This document shows, piece by piece, positions 1 through 9,305 of a stretch of DNA of 32,000 nucleotides. Location of the stretch: positions 900,001 to 932,000 of the forward strand of contig NZ_CP074694.1 in the NCBI RefSeq assembly GCF_018398935.1, read 5' to 3'. The DNA comes from Telmatocola sphagniphila (GTDB lineage Bacteria; Planctomycetota; Planctomycetia; Gemmatales; Gemmataceae). Position 1 is the stretch's first letter. The number at the start of each line of letters is the position of its first letter. A model generated the notes under the pieces. The model ran no database searches. It worked only from the letters and a program-made list of their open reading frames with translations, and was not told the DNA's origin. A program made the position numbers and the translations under genes.

Positions 1-398
1 AGTGCGGCGTCCAATTCGGGGATTTTGGCCTGCCGTTCCTCGATCTCGCTGATCAAGAGGATCGATTCTTCCTCTGTGGTCGCGATGGTCTGCTTGGTAT
101 GCGCTATTTGATGGCTGAGGGCATCCATCTGTTTTTGTTCGCTGGCTTCGTTGAGCTGAGTTTCGTAGCGGGCCAGTTGCTGATAAGCCGTTTTGGTCGA
201 AAGTTCTTTTTCTTTGAAGGTGACTTGAAGCTTTTTGAGCTCGTCGTGGGCAAGCTTCAAACCTGCTTCTTGCTTCTGAAGCTTGGTTTGATGGGCTTTT
301 AGAACGCGGGGCCCGCGTTCTATCTCCGCCTGGAGGTCGCGAATAAAAATGCGGAGACGATGTATCTCCGCAAGTAGTGTTCCTAATTCTGTTGCCAT
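1..398 (-). CDS. Coiled-coil protein, N-terminal part. Candidate COG1579/DUF164-like 'coiled coil + C-terminal zinc ribbon' family. The 3' end runs off the window.
   Basis: Absent from the supplied track because it is open to the window edge. My minus-strand translation from the ATG at 398-396 reads MATELGTLLAEIHRLRIFIRDLQAEIERGPRVLKAHQTKLQKQEAGLKLAHDELKKLQVTFKEKELSTKTAYQQLARYETQLNEASEQKQMDALSHQIAHTKQTIATTEEESILLISEIEERQAKIPELDAA..., with no stop down to position 1. It is heptad-rich. The + ORF 99..302 is its antisense shadow. It lies 38 nt downstream of rpoD on the same strand. The family call is by resemblance only. Confidence 0.55.
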   Translation of the reverse strand, partial: MATELGTLLAEIHRLRIFIRDLQAEIERGPRVLKAHQTKLQKQEAGLKLAHDELKKLQVTFKEKELSTKTAYQQLARYETQLNEASEQKQMDALSHQIAHTKQTIATTEEESILLISEIEERQAKIPELDAA

Positions 399-436
399 AT
401 CTATTGATCTACAGGGGAGTTCAATTCCTGCAATCT

Positions 437-2086
437 TTACTTGTGGGAATTGTCCACGAAACCTTCCAGTTGGCGGCTTCGCACGGGGTGCTGAAGCTTC
501 CGAACCGCTTTGGCTTCGATCTGCCGGACGCGTTCCCGGGTCACTTTGAAAATACGCCCAACCTCTTCCAGGGTATAGGTATAGCCATCCCCCAGCCCGT
601 AGCGGAGCTTGATGATTTCCCGCTCCCGGTAGGTTAGCGTCTTCAGAACATGCTCGATTTTGTCCTTGAGCATTTCGGAAGTCGCGGCACTGACGGGAGA
701 TTCCGCTCCCGGATCTTCGATGAAGTCGCCGAAGTAGCTGTCTTCGCTTTCTCCCACCGGCCGATCGAGGGAAATCGGGTGCCGGCTAATCTTGAGAACT
801 CTCTTGGTTTCTTCGCAGGAAATACCCGCCTCGGCGGCCGTTTCCTCGATCGTCGGTTCGCGGCCCAACTGCTGAACCAGCTTCTTGGAGACGTTGCGAA
901 GCTTGCTCATGGTCTCGATCATGTGAACCGGAATTCGGATCGTACGAGCCTGATCCGCGATGGCTCGGGTGATCGCCTGCCGGATCCACCAGGTCGCGTA
1001 AGTCGAGAATTTATAACCACGGCGATATTCGTATTTATCGACGGCACGCATCAGGCCGGTGTTGCCTTCCTGGATGAGATCCAGGAAACTAAGACCGCGG
1101 TTGCGATATTTCTTCGCAATGGAGACGACCAGTCGCAAGTTGCCGCCGGAAAGTTCTTTCTTCGCTTGTTCGTATTCGTCGAATCGCTGGTTCATCACTT
1201 CGACGCGGCGTTTGAGGGTTTCCGGCTCTTCGAGCGTCAACCGCATCAATTCGTGCATTTCCTTCGTCAACGATTCAATTTCGACCTGAGCGGATTTTTC
1301 CTTTTTGAGATCCTGGAGCTGGGATTCCAGTTCCTGCATGCGACGGCAGATCTGTTCCAGCTTCTTCATCAGCGGCTGAATTTTCTGCGTCCGAATGCTC
1401 AGTTCTTCCACCAGCGTGACGGTCTTGCGACGGCGAGCCTTAATTCGGCGACGCACTTCATCCCGCTGATCGTCCGAGATGCTGTTCTCGATCATCTTCT
1501 CGAATTCCTCGAGATTCTGGGACATCAGCGGTTCCAGAGTCTTGAGGTTGTGCGGCATGCGAGCGAGGATTTTTTCCTTCTCGAGATTTTCCGTCTGAGA
1601 GACTTTGACGGTTCGGTCGAATGGCAGTTCGCCGGTGTGAACGCGCTTGAGTGTATCGACGACATTGCGAAGTGCAAAATCGCATTCGAGCACCTTGCGG
1701 CGGAAGCGACGGCGCGTGACTTCAATTTTCTTGGCGAGGTTCAGTTCCTGGTTGCGGGAGAGCAGGGGAATTTCGCCCATCTGCGTCAGGTACATCCGAA
1801 CCGGATCGTCCGTCCCTTTACCATCCCCTTCCTCGAAAACCGTTAATTCGGCTTCGCGGGAAAGATCTTCCTCGCTCAGGACCGGGGTGATACCCAGTTC
1901 TTCGACCTGATCGTCTTCGATGATACTGATGCCGGCTTGTTCCAGCATTTCGAGTATCTTGTCGAGGCGTTCGGGTTCGATCGTATCGGGGGGAATTTGG
2001 GCGTTAACCTGATCCCAGGTCAGGTAGTTATTGCGCTTCCCGAGTTCGATGAGTGCTTTTAAGCTGTCGTCCATTTTGAGTTCCAT
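437..2086 (-). CDS. rpoD: Primary (housekeeping) RNA polymerase sigma-70 factor RpoD
   Basis: Region 2 motifs are readable: [60 protein letters not shown]. Region 3 ([14 protein letters not shown]) and region 4.2 ([30 protein letters not shown]) are also present, with an acidic N-terminal region 1.1. The track start at 2137 is a TTG. I prefer the ATG at 2086 (MELKMDDS...), preceded by GGAGACGG about 9 nt upstream. It follows dnaG directly. Confidence 0.97.
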   Translation of the reverse strand: MELKMDDSLKALIELGKRNNYLTWDQVNAQIPPDTIEPERLDKILEMLEQAGISIIEDDQVEELGITPVLSEEDLSREAELTVFEEGDGKGTDDPVRMYLTQMGEIPLLSRNQELNLAKKIEVTRRRFRRKVLECDFALRNVVDTLKRVHTGELPFDRTVKVSQTENLEKEKILARMPHNLKTLEPLMSQNLEEFEKMIENSISDDQRDEVRRRIKARRRKTVTLVEELSIRTQKIQPLMKKLEQICRRMQELESQLQDLKKEKSAQVEIESLTKEMHELMRLTLEEPETLKRRVEVMNQRFDEYEQAKKELSGGNLRLVVSIAKKYRNRGLSFLDLIQEGNTGLMRAVDKYEYRRGYKFSTYATWWIRQAITRAIADQARTIRIPVHMIETMSKLRNVSKKLVQQLGREPTIEETAAEAGISCEETKRVLKISRHPISLDRPVGESEDSYFGDFIEDPGAESPVSAATSEMLKDKIEHVLKTLTYREREIIKLRYGLGDGYTYTLEEVGRIFKVTRERVRQIEAKAVRKLQHPVRSRQLEGFVDNSHK

Positions 2087-2133
2087 GCAACCGTCTCCGG
2101 CCGGTGTCGTCAACGATACGTCCCGGTGGTGAA

Positions 2134-3978
2134 TCAAGTGGTCTCCGCAGTCGAAGGTTCGGCCGAACCAATTACCGCGGAACGAGTTTGCAGTTTGCGA
2201 AGCAGTTCCATTGCAGCAGTTTCATCCTGGGCCGAATGTATCTGCTCCTTGATGTCTCTGGAAATTCGTTCGTTCTTGCGAGCGGCGAATTCCGCTGAAA
2301 TCCTTTTCAGCCATCCTCCTGTATCAGGGTTGGATTTTCCGACTTCCTGCAAGTCCAGCGCGCGATCGATCAGAGCGGGATTATCGATGTAGAGCCGCAG
2401 CCCATCTTCATCGGCCGGTAATCCCTCATCGTGTAGTCGATACAGGCACGCTAAGAGCTTCTTCAAACCCGGATGATCTACGTCGTCCGGATGTATTGTT
2501 ATTCTGGCGTCGGGAATCAAACTCGCGTCCGCCAGCAGTATTTCCAGTAATTCTATTTCCAGGGGAGGAGCCGGGGCCACTCGTATGGACTTGGCCTCTT
2601 CCTCATGGTATCTGTCCGTCGTCTCGCGAGGTCGGTTCGTCGTTTTCTTCTGCTCGCGAAGTTCCTGCAGTCGGGACCGCAGGGTGTCCACCATCAGACC
2701 CAGTCGCTGGCTGATGCGGTGAACGATCAAGTCCTGTTTCATGCGGATGGACGTCTCGGAAGTCTCCGGTGCCGCCACCATGATTCTCAACAGTGTATCC
2801 GCTATTCGACGCTTGCCTTCCACGGTGGAAAAAGTTTCCACTTTGAGCAATTCGTTCATTTTGAAATCGAGCGCGTCGATGGCCTCGGCCAGGACGCGCT
2901 CAAATGCTTCACGACCACCCGGTTGAATCAGCAGATCGCACGGATCCAGGGATTCGGGTAAAGTCGCGATCAGGAGCTCCAGGTCGTTTCCGACGAAGAT
3001 TTCCAGAGCACGATCGATACCAGTCTTCCCACCGGCATCCGCATCGAAAACCAGGATGACTTTCACTTCCTTCGGCAAATACCGGCGAAGTTGAGTCAGG
3101 TGTCTGGTATTCAGTGCGGTTCCCATCGTAGCCACGACGTTGCCAATGCCGAACTGGTGGGCCATCATGACATCCGTGTAACCTTCCACGATAGCAATGG
3201 TGCCAGTCTTAGCCGCGACATGCCGAGCTGTATCCAACCCAAAGAGAAGTTCACTTTTGTTAAAAAGTGCCGTCTCTGTAGAGTTATAATACTTCGGTAA
3301 ATTGTTCGGGTTGGGAGAACTGGGTAAAATGCGGCCGCCAAATCCCACCGTTTGCCCGCGCGCATCGCGTATTGGGAATATTATGCGATCTCGGAATCGA
3401 TCGTAAAATCCATTCCCGTCGTTTCTTTGCGCTATCAGGCCAACGTCCACCAGCGTCTTGGCATCGATCTGGGCAGTGCGGGAACGCCGGACGATCCAGT
3501 CACCATAGCCAGGAGCGAACCCCAGACCGAAACTGCGAACCGTCGATCCATTCAACCGTCGCTCGCCCAAATATACGCGGGCGGCCTCCGCCTCTTCCCC
3601 GTCGAAAAGCAGTTGTTCGTATTGTTGCTGGGCCCAGCGCAGGCACTCCTGCATGCGAATGCGATGATGGTCCAGCTTCGCGTCTTCTTCCAGCGAGATT
3701 CCCGCTTTGCGAGCTAGAAGAGCGCGAGCTTCCTTGAAGTCCACCTTCTCCTGCAGCATCACAAACTTGAATACATCGCCGAAGGCTCCGCACGCCCAGC
3801 ATTTATAACGTTGCCGGTTGGAATCGACATCGAGCGAAGGACGGGTATCGGAATGAAATGGGCAAATGGCCACGTAGCGGCCGCCGCGAGGTTGCAAAGA
3901 CAAATAGGAACCGACGACAGATACGATGTCGTTCGCTTCCTTGATTTGCTTCGTGAGTGCAACCCAATCAGCAGCCAA
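2134..3978 (-). CDS. dnaG: DNA primase DnaG
   Basis: CHC2 zinc finger: [34 protein letters not shown]. Toprim/RNA-polymerase core: [15 protein letters not shown]...[12 protein letters not shown]. The only in-frame start upstream of the zinc finger is the TTG at 3978-3976, with AAAGGTGAAG 5 nt upstream. The stop lies 47 nt before the rpoD ATG. Confidence 0.95.
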   Translation of the reverse strand: MAADWVALTKQIKEANDIVSVVGSYLSLQPRGGRYVAICPFHSDTRPSLDVDSNRQRYKCWACGAFGDVFKFVMLQEKVDFKEARALLARKAGISLEEDAKLDHHRIRMQECLRWAQQQYEQLLFDGEEAEAARVYLGERRLNGSTVRSFGLGFAPGYGDWIVRRSRTAQIDAKTLVDVGLIAQRNDGNGFYDRFRDRIIFPIRDARGQTVGFGGRILPSSPNPNNLPKYYNSTETALFNKSELLFGLDTARHVAAKTGTIAIVEGYTDVMMAHQFGIGNVVATMGTALNTRHLTQLRRYLPKEVKVILVFDADAGGKTGIDRALEIFVGNDLELLIATLPESLDPCDLLIQPGGREAFERVLAEAIDALDFKMNELLKVETFSTVEGKRRIADTLLRIMVAAPETSETSIRMKQDLIVHRISQRLGLMVDTLRSRLQELREQKKTTNRPRETTDRYHEEEAKSIRVAPAPPLEIELLEILLADASLIPDARITIHPDDVDHPGLKKLLACLYRLHDEGLPADEDGLRLYIDNPALIDRALDLQEVGKSNPDTGGWLKRISAEFAARKNERISRDIKEQIHSAQDETAAMELLRKLQTRSAVIGSAEPSTAETT

Positions 3979-4452
3979 GTCTTCACCTTTGCCCTGGGCA
4001 ATCGGGAATAGTCCAAACTAAGTATGGGACCAGGTTCACAATTTCCGGATGTGGAACAGTTCGAAAGAAATCAGGCGGGACGAAAACGAATCCGCATGAC
4101 CCGCAAAGTCGCTCCCGACTTTACAAGCCACCTATTTTCTAGTCTTTGGTCCCATCCGGGCCGATGCATTCATCCTATACCATGCATAAGAGTGATTATA
4201 CCCCTGCTGGTAGGTCAGTCAAGCAAGGTGGCAAATTCGGGTTTTGAGCGAATGGCGGTTCTGGGAAGCTGGCGAAACTTTCCGGATTATAACGATAGCA
4301 ATTACTACACCCGTCTTTTCCTAATCAACCCGTTACAACCAGAATGCCGATGATACCGATGTTGATTTTTAGGGGGCCGGGCCGTTCTCGGGAAGCGTCA
4401 ACCCAACGCTCGAGAGTTGCCCCACGCCGACTTCGAAAGGAAGGATTCTTGC

Positions 4453-6405
4453 ATGGCTCGGTGGAATTTGCGGTTGTTGAGCCTCGCTGCTTTGCTAATC
4501 ACCAGCACCCTGGCTTACGGTGCAGGCCCTTCGCCTGCAGACATCTTAAGTATCAAACCCAAGCAGGATGTGACCATCAGTACGCCCACGGCTGCCGAAG
4601 TCGATAAGTGTACGGTCGAACTCATCCGCGGCAACAAACTGGCCAACGGTAAATCGACCAGCGGCTGGTTATTGAAAGATCCTCAGGGCAAGATTCTCCG
4701 CCGGTTTTTCGATACCGAAGGGGATAACAAACTTCACCTGTGGTCCTTCTACCTCAACGGCGAAGAAGTATATCGGGAAATCGATTCTAATTCGGATGCG
4801 ATTCCCGATCAGTTCCGCTGGCTCGGCGTCAACGGCTCCAAGTGGGGTGTGGATCGCCGGCAGACCGGTAAGATCGATACCTGGATCGTGATCTCCCCGG
4901 AAGAGGTCAGCCAGGAAGTTTTGGCCGCCGTGGTCGCTAAGGATTACGCCCGGTTGCAGGCCTTGTTCCTGAGCAAGGAAGACATGGAAACGCTCCAGCT
5001 TCCTGAAGCGGAAGTCATTCGCATCAAAAATAGCATTGCCGCCGCTCAGGCAAAATTCACCAAGACGATTTCGGGAATGAAAGCACTTTCCGAAAAAGCG
5101 AAGTGGATTCACCTGGAAACGAAGATGCCCCAAACCGTCCCGGCCGATTCGCTCGGGACCCGTGTCGATCTGGTCCACCACAAGCAGGGAACGATTCTTT
5201 ACCAGGATGGCGAAAAACATGACTGGTTGCAGACGGGTGAACTGATCCAAGTCGGTCGCGCCTGGAAGTTGATCGATGCCCCGACCCCCGGTTCCGTGGT
5301 CGATGCCCCCGTGAGCGGCACTAGTGAAGTGGCGAGCAACGGCTCGGCGAACATCGATCTTCCCGATGAAGCCAAACCGTTCCTGGATAAGCTCAAGGAA
5401 CTCGATGCCAAAGCTCCCAAGCAGGGCGAAAGTGTCGATAAGATCGCTCAGTACAACTTCGACCGCGCCCTGATTCTCGAAAAGATCGTTCCGCTGGTCA
5501 AGGGCACGGCTCGCGATCAATGGATCCGCCAAATTGCCGATTGCCTGAACGCCGCGGTTCAAAGCGATCCCAAACAGAAGAGCGCCTACGATCGCTTGGT
5601 TCAATGGCAGGGCGTTGTGGATAAAGAGTCGGCCAGCAGCAACACCGCCGCTTACGTGGCCTACCGCGTTCTCTCGGCCAACTACTCCCGTAAGCTGAAC
5701 GAGACCAAGACCTCGGAAATGGGTAAGCTGCAGGAAGAATGGCGCGACAGCCTGACCAAATTCGTGACCACGTATAACACTGCGGAAGATACCCCCGACG
5801 CCTTGATTCAGTTGGGCATGCTCAACGAATTCATGGGCAAGGAAGTGGAAGCCAAGAACTGGTACAGCCGACTGGTCAAGAATTTCGACAAGCACGCCAT
5901 GGCGCCCAAAGCCCAGGGCGCGATTGATCGCCTCAGCCTGGAAGGCAAGGAATTCGCTTTAACCGGGCAGACTTTGGGCGCTGGCAATCCCTTCGACATC
6001 AAGACGCTGAAGGGCAAGGCCGTGGTGGTTTACTACTGGGCCAGCTGGAATGAACAGTGCGTGTCCGATTTCGCCAAGATCAAAACGCTGATCAGCAGCC
6101 AGGCGAATCGCGTAGAACTGGTCTGCGTGAACCTGGACAACACGCCTCAAGAGGCTCTGAAGTTCCTCCAGAAGCATACGGTTTCCGGTACGCACCTTTA
6201 TTCGCAAGGAGCCAACGGAGCCGCCGGTACGGATAGCCCGATGGCCACTCAGTACGGGATCTTCGTTTTGCCACACGTATTCGTGCTGGATACCGAAGGT
6301 AAAGTGGTCAACCGCAACGGTCAAGTGCCTACGCTGGACGATGACCTGAAGAAGATCTTCAAGGATAAGGAAGATTCGAAGGATTCTTCCAAGGATAAGA
6401 AATAG
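4453..6405 (+). CDS. Secreted multidomain protein: signal peptide, unknown N-terminal region, TPR-like helical region and a C-terminal TlpA/ResA-like thioredoxin fold with a degenerate active site
   Basis: From the ATG at 4453 (AAGGAAGGA upstream) the protein begins MARWNLRLLSLAALLITSTLAYGAG, a signal peptide. The C-terminus reads GKAVVVYYWASWNEQCVSDFAKIK...VELVCVNLDN...YGIFVLPHVFVLDTEGKVV, the TlpA-like layout, with WASWNEQC where WxxWCxxC is expected. It ends in a charged KDKEDSKDSSKDKK tail. Confidence 0.85.
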   Translation: MARWNLRLLSLAALLITSTLAYGAGPSPADILSIKPKQDVTISTPTAAEVDKCTVELIRGNKLANGKSTSGWLLKDPQGKILRRFFDTEGDNKLHLWSFYLNGEEVYREIDSNSDAIPDQFRWLGVNGSKWGVDRRQTGKIDTWIVISPEEVSQEVLAAVVAKDYARLQALFLSKEDMETLQLPEAEVIRIKNSIAAAQAKFTKTISGMKALSEKAKWIHLETKMPQTVPADSLGTRVDLVHHKQGTILYQDGEKHDWLQTGELIQVGRAWKLIDAPTPGSVVDAPVSGTSEVASNGSANIDLPDEAKPFLDKLKELDAKAPKQGESVDKIAQYNFDRALILEKIVPLVKGTARDQWIRQIADCLNAAVQSDPKQKSAYDRLVQWQGVVDKESASSNTAAYVAYRVLSANYSRKLNETKTSEMGKLQEEWRDSLTKFVTTYNTAEDTPDALIQLGMLNEFMGKEVEAKNWYSRLVKNFDKHAMAPKAQGAIDRLSLEGKEFALTGQTLGAGNPFDIKTLKGKAVVVYYWASWNEQCVSDFAKIKTLISSQANRVELVCVNLDNTPQEALKFLQKHTVSGTHLYSQGANGAAGTDSPMATQYGIFVLPHVFVLDTEGKVVNRNGQVPTLDDDLKKIFKDKEDSKDSSKDKK

Positions 6406-6416
6406 TCGAGGCCATC

Positions 6417-6449
6417 GAGGGGCGGAACGAGTTCCGCCCCTCAGCTTTT
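6417..6449 (+). terminator. Rho-independent terminator candidate between convergent genes
   Basis: Perfect inverted repeat GAGGGGCGGAAC (6417-6428) / GTTCCGCCCCTC (6431-6442), followed by AGCTTTTG (T-run 6446-6449) on the + strand. It starts 12 nt after the stop of the 4453..6405 gene. The right arm touches the queC stop codon (6441-6443), so it could also act on the minus-strand transcript, which lacks a clear U-run. Confidence 0.55.
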
Positions 6450-7127
6450 GTAGGTCGTAGGATCGGTCACTCCCGCTTCCGCAAAACCTTTCGCTCGCAA
6501 TAAACACGAATCGCATTTGCCGCAGGATCGACCGCTCTCATCCGGGTCGTAACAGCTCAGAGTCTGCGCATAATCAATTCCCAGCGCAATCCCTTTCCGG
6601 ATAATTTCCGCTTTCGTCATTTGAATGAGTGGGGCATGCACCTGAAATTTTGCCGTGCCTTCGACTCCCGCCTTGGTGGCAAGATTCGCCAGGTTCGCAA
6701 ACGCCTCGAGAAAAGCCGGCCGGCAGTCGGGATAGCCGGAGTAATCGAGAATGTTGGCGCCAATGAACAGGTCGTAGGCTCCGACCGTTTCCGCATAGCC
6801 TAGACAAAGAGAGAGTAGAATCGTATTTCGGGCCGGCACATAGGTAACGGGAATCCCATGGGACATCTGATCGGACGAGCGATTTTTAGGCACGTCGATG
6901 TTCGCAGTGAGAGCTGAGCCTCCAAAGGTGCGCAGATCGATGGCCACCGTTTTATGTTCATGGACCTTGCGAGATTCCGCGAATTGGGCGGCCCGTTGCA
7001 GTTCCACTTTGTGACGTTGACCGTAATCGACACTAAGAGCATAGACGGCATACTCTTGCTCCTGGGCAATCGCCAGAGTGGTGGCGCTGTCGAGTCCACC
7101 GCTGAGTAGAACTACGGCCTTTTTCAT
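6441..7127 (-). CDS. queC: 7-cyano-7-deazaguanine synthase QueC
   Basis: [21 protein letters not shown] is the PP-loop SGGxDS motif. YGQRHKVEL is present, as is the C-terminal Zn-cysteine cluster [21 protein letters not shown] prefer the ATG at 7127, with GGAGGA upstream, over the track start at 7151. Confidence 0.95.
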   Translation of the reverse strand: MKKAVVLLSGGLDSATTLAIAQEQEYAVYALSVDYGQRHKVELQRAAQFAESRKVHEHKTVAIDLRTFGGSALTANIDVPKNRSSDQMSHGIPVTYVPARNTILLSLCLGYAETVGAYDLFIGANILDYSGYPDCRPAFLEAFANLANLATKAGVEGTAKFQVHAPLIQMTKAEIIRKGIALGIDYAQTLSCYDPDESGRSCGKCDSCLLRAKGFAEAGVTDPTTYKS

Positions 7128-7210
7128 TCCTACTATTCCTCCGGATCGCAAAGTCGGCTTGCGGGCCGATCAACAGCCTATTAAATGAATAGAGAATAGA
7201 TTCGTAAGGA

Positions 7211-7600
7211 ATGTTCATCGAGAAATGCAGCATGGCCGAACTACAGGCACCTTCCGTCGAGGAATTGGAAACCTTTCCGAACCCCAGTCCGGGCCGGGAG
7301 TATACTATTGAGATCGTTTGCCCGGAATTCACGAGCATGTGTCCGAAGACGGGCCAACCCGATTACGGAACTATTACCTATACCTACACGCCCGGGGCAG
7401 CCTGCGTAGAGCTGAAATCTTTGAAGCTCTATCTTCAGAAATATCGGATGCAGGGCATCTTCTACGAAGCCGTCACCAACAAATTATTGGATGATTTCGT
7501 GAAAGCCTGCAACCCGATCCGCTGTAAAGTGGAGAGTCGCTGGACGCCGCGAGGCGGGATTTCCTCAATCATCACCTGCCAGATGGAAGCCCGTAAATAA
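7211..7600 (+). CDS. queF: NADPH-dependent 7-cyano-7-deazaguanine (preQ0) reductase QueF, short unimodular type
   Basis: Catalytic Cys motif: [19 protein letters not shown]. QueF motif: ELKSLKLYL. Also TPRGGIS. The start is ambiguous between the ATG at 7211 and the ATG at 7232 (MAEL...). It is divergent from queC. Confidence 0.92.
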   Translation: MFIEKCSMAELQAPSVEELETFPNPSPGREYTIEIVCPEFTSMCPKTGQPDYGTITYTYTPGAACVELKSLKLYLQKYRMQGIFYEAVTNKLLDDFVKACNPIRCKVESRWTPRGGISSIITCQMEARK

Positions 7601-7620
7601 TCCTCTTTAAACACGGTCCC

Positions 7621-8685
7621 ATGAAAAAAATCCTGTCGGTTCTCTGGCTCGGTCTGGCGGCCTCGGTGGCTCATGGCGGTGTATTTTCAACGACCGATCC
7701 TTTCCCCTTCGTCAGCGATAGTAAGGGGGCGATACTTCCGCTCGCGTTTGTTGATTTCAAACTACTCATGGGAGAATGGCTGGCCGTGCCGGCGCCCGCC
7801 GGGGAGAAATTACGCAAGCAGTTGGAAGAGCAGGTTGCCAACTTCAAAAAAGGGGATGTCAATCGCCTGGGTCCCGAAGAGATTTCGACTTATGCCGCCG
7901 CACTGATTCGCTTGAACAAGATCGACGAAGCCTTGAACGTGCTTCTGAATGCCTCGCGCAACCGCGCTCAAGATGGTTTTTTAGTTCAGTCGGAACTGGC
8001 ACATGTGCACTACCTGCGCGGAGAATACCGCGAAGCGCTCGAAGCGGAATCGACGGCTCTTCGCGATTATCCACCTCCAAAAAAGTTCGGAAGTCTGAAA
8101 CCCGAGCAATGGGCCTGGATTCTCAAGGTAGAGAAGGAATTCGTTCTGCCGATGTACCGACTTCGCCGCGATGAAACGAAGTCCAGAGCGATCCGCGTTT
8201 TCGATGCTCCGGATGAATTGTTTCCTTATCGCAATCCGCGCGATAAATCCGATGTGCAAGTGATCAACTGGAAGTCTTCTCCGGACTATCCGGCGCAGCC
8301 TATACCTGAAACGGATAAATCCAAAATCCCGGCGGATGCCCTGTCGGCCTTGCAGTGGATGATGTTGAATAATCCGACCGATACTCGACTTTACTGGTTG
8401 ATGGGAGAAGTCTTCAATTTTCGCGGGGAGCACGATACGGCCGTTAAAATCTTTGATGAGTCCGTCGATGCCCCCCGCAATTACACCAGTTCCCTGTTGA
8501 TGGAGCATCGTCAGGCACTTCATCAATCCCTTCAAGCCCAGGCCGAAGTGAAGAAGGCAGACGAGGAAAAAGCGGCCAACGACGACCGGAAAATGTTGCG
8601 ATATATCTCGATTGGCATCGGCGCGATTATCGTCGTACTGCTGATTCTCCACGTTCGGAATTTAATTCGGAGAATGAGCCAGTGA
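7621..8685 (+). CDS. Secreted helical-repeat (TPR-like) protein with a C-terminal transmembrane anchor
   Basis: N-terminal signal MKKILSVLWLGLAASVAHG. TPR-like helices include EALNVLLNASRNRAQDGFLVQSELAHVHYLRGEYREALE. The C-terminal hydrophobic helix is ISIGIGAIIVVLLILHV, followed by RNLIRR. It starts 20 nt after queF. No family was recognised. Confidence 0.75.
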   Translation: MKKILSVLWLGLAASVAHGGVFSTTDPFPFVSDSKGAILPLAFVDFKLLMGEWLAVPAPAGEKLRKQLEEQVANFKKGDVNRLGPEEISTYAAALIRLNKIDEALNVLLNASRNRAQDGFLVQSELAHVHYLRGEYREALEAESTALRDYPPPKKFGSLKPEQWAWILKVEKEFVLPMYRLRRDETKSRAIRVFDAPDELFPYRNPRDKSDVQVINWKSSPDYPAQPIPETDKSKIPADALSALQWMMLNNPTDTRLYWLMGEVFNFRGEHDTAVKIFDESVDAPRNYTSSLLMEHRQALHQSLQAQAEVKKADEEKAANDDRKMLRYISIGIGAIIVVLLILHVRNLIRRMSQ

Positions 8686-9299
8686 AATTTCACCACCATG
8701 TGAAGGCGGCCGAAAAACACCTTTCCGGGGCTCATCCGCTTTTTCACCGGCACATTAAATCTCGTGGCGGCTGCAAGATCAAGCTGCGACCGGGTGGCTA
8801 TCAAGTTCTCTGCTCCTCGATTATCTCCCAGCAGATTTCCACTTTGGCGGCCAAATCCATTTCCCGCAAAGTGATGGCCTACTGCGGCGGTAAAAAATTC
8901 GATCCGGAAGTAATCTTCCAGGCACCGGAAGACGATTTGCGAGCTTGCGGTTTGTCCCGAGGTAAGGTTCGCTATCTCAAGGCCTTATCCGAGAAGGTGA
9001 TTGAGGATCCGCGATTTTTCAAGCGATTGCCTCGGCTGACAGACGAACAGATTATGGAATCGCTGCTGCCGATTCCGGGAATCGGCCCATGGACAGTCGA
9101 GATGTTCATGATGTTCTCGCTAGGCCGGATGGATGTCCTGCCCGTGGCGGATTTGGGAATTCAGAAAGGATTCCAGAAACTCTTTGAATTGACGGAACTC
9201 CCCAAGAAAAAGCAAATGATCGAATTGGCCGAACCATGGCGGCCCTATCGTTCAGTCGCCTGTTTCTTTCTCTGGGCCATGCAGGACGGAAGTGACTGA
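8682..9299 (+). CDS. HhH-GPD superfamily DNA glycosylase (short AlkA / 3-methyladenine DNA glycosylase II-like)
   Basis: Helix-hairpin-helix: LLPIPGIGPWTVEMFMMFSLGRMDVLPVADLGIQKG, with the catalytic-position Asp in VADLG. IISQQISTLAAKSI is also present. The GTG start at 8682 overlaps the upstream TGA (GTGA overlap). An alternative GTG lies at 8700. Confidence 0.85.
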   Translation: MKFHHHVKAAEKHLSGAHPLFHRHIKSRGGCKIKLRPGGYQVLCSSIISQQISTLAAKSISRKVMAYCGGKKFDPEVIFQAPEDDLRACGLSRGKVRYLKALSEKVIEDPRFFKRLPRLTDEQIMESLLPIPGIGPWTVEMFMMFSLGRMDVLPVADLGIQKGFQKLFELTELPKKKQMIELAEPWRPYRSVACFFLWAMQDGSD

Positions 9300-9305
9300 G
9301 AGGGA

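Noticed and set aside
650-1846. 398-aa + strand ORF
   Set aside because: It lies entirely antisense to rpoD, whose motifs are unambiguous. The translation is Arg/Phe/Leu-rich and low-complexity, typical of a shadow ORF in a codon-biased gene.
437-2137. N-terminal extension of rpoD to the TTG at 2137, and similar TTG-extended starts at 10352, 16301 and 29068 (plus the ATG-extended starts at 18750 and 20959)
   Set aside because: The extensions overlap upstream genes or lack an RBS. Internal ATG or GTG codons with visible Shine-Dalgarno sequences give N-termini matching the family norms or signal peptides.
4024-4353. 109-aa + ORF (and neighbouring 3957..4142 and 4344..4607) in the dnaG / 4453 divergent intergenic region
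   Set aside because: There is no RBS and the composition is odd and not protein-like. The region is AT-richer, like a promoter region. I also looked here for an rpsU-like small basic ORF upstream of dnaG on the minus strand and found none.
4440-4450. 11-mer GAAGGATTCTT shared between the 5' UTR of the 4453 gene and its 3' coding end (about 6379-6389)
   Set aside because: In a 32-kb window, on the order of a hundred chance 11-mer repeats are expected. There is no extended similarity around it.
4669-5895. 408-aa minus-strand ORF
   Set aside because: It is antisense to the signal-peptide/thioredoxin-fold gene 4453..6405. It has no motif or RBS, and its composition (G/R/F/L-rich) is shadow-like.
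7128-7231. Possible preQ1 riboswitch in the queC/queF divergent region
   Set aside because: I could not find the preQ1-I hallmark (a short hairpin followed by a CCCUC...UAAAAAACUA-like A-rich tail) or another convincing structure on either strand. There are only short 4-5 bp palindromes. A covariance-model scan (Rfam preQ1-I/II/III) would settle it.
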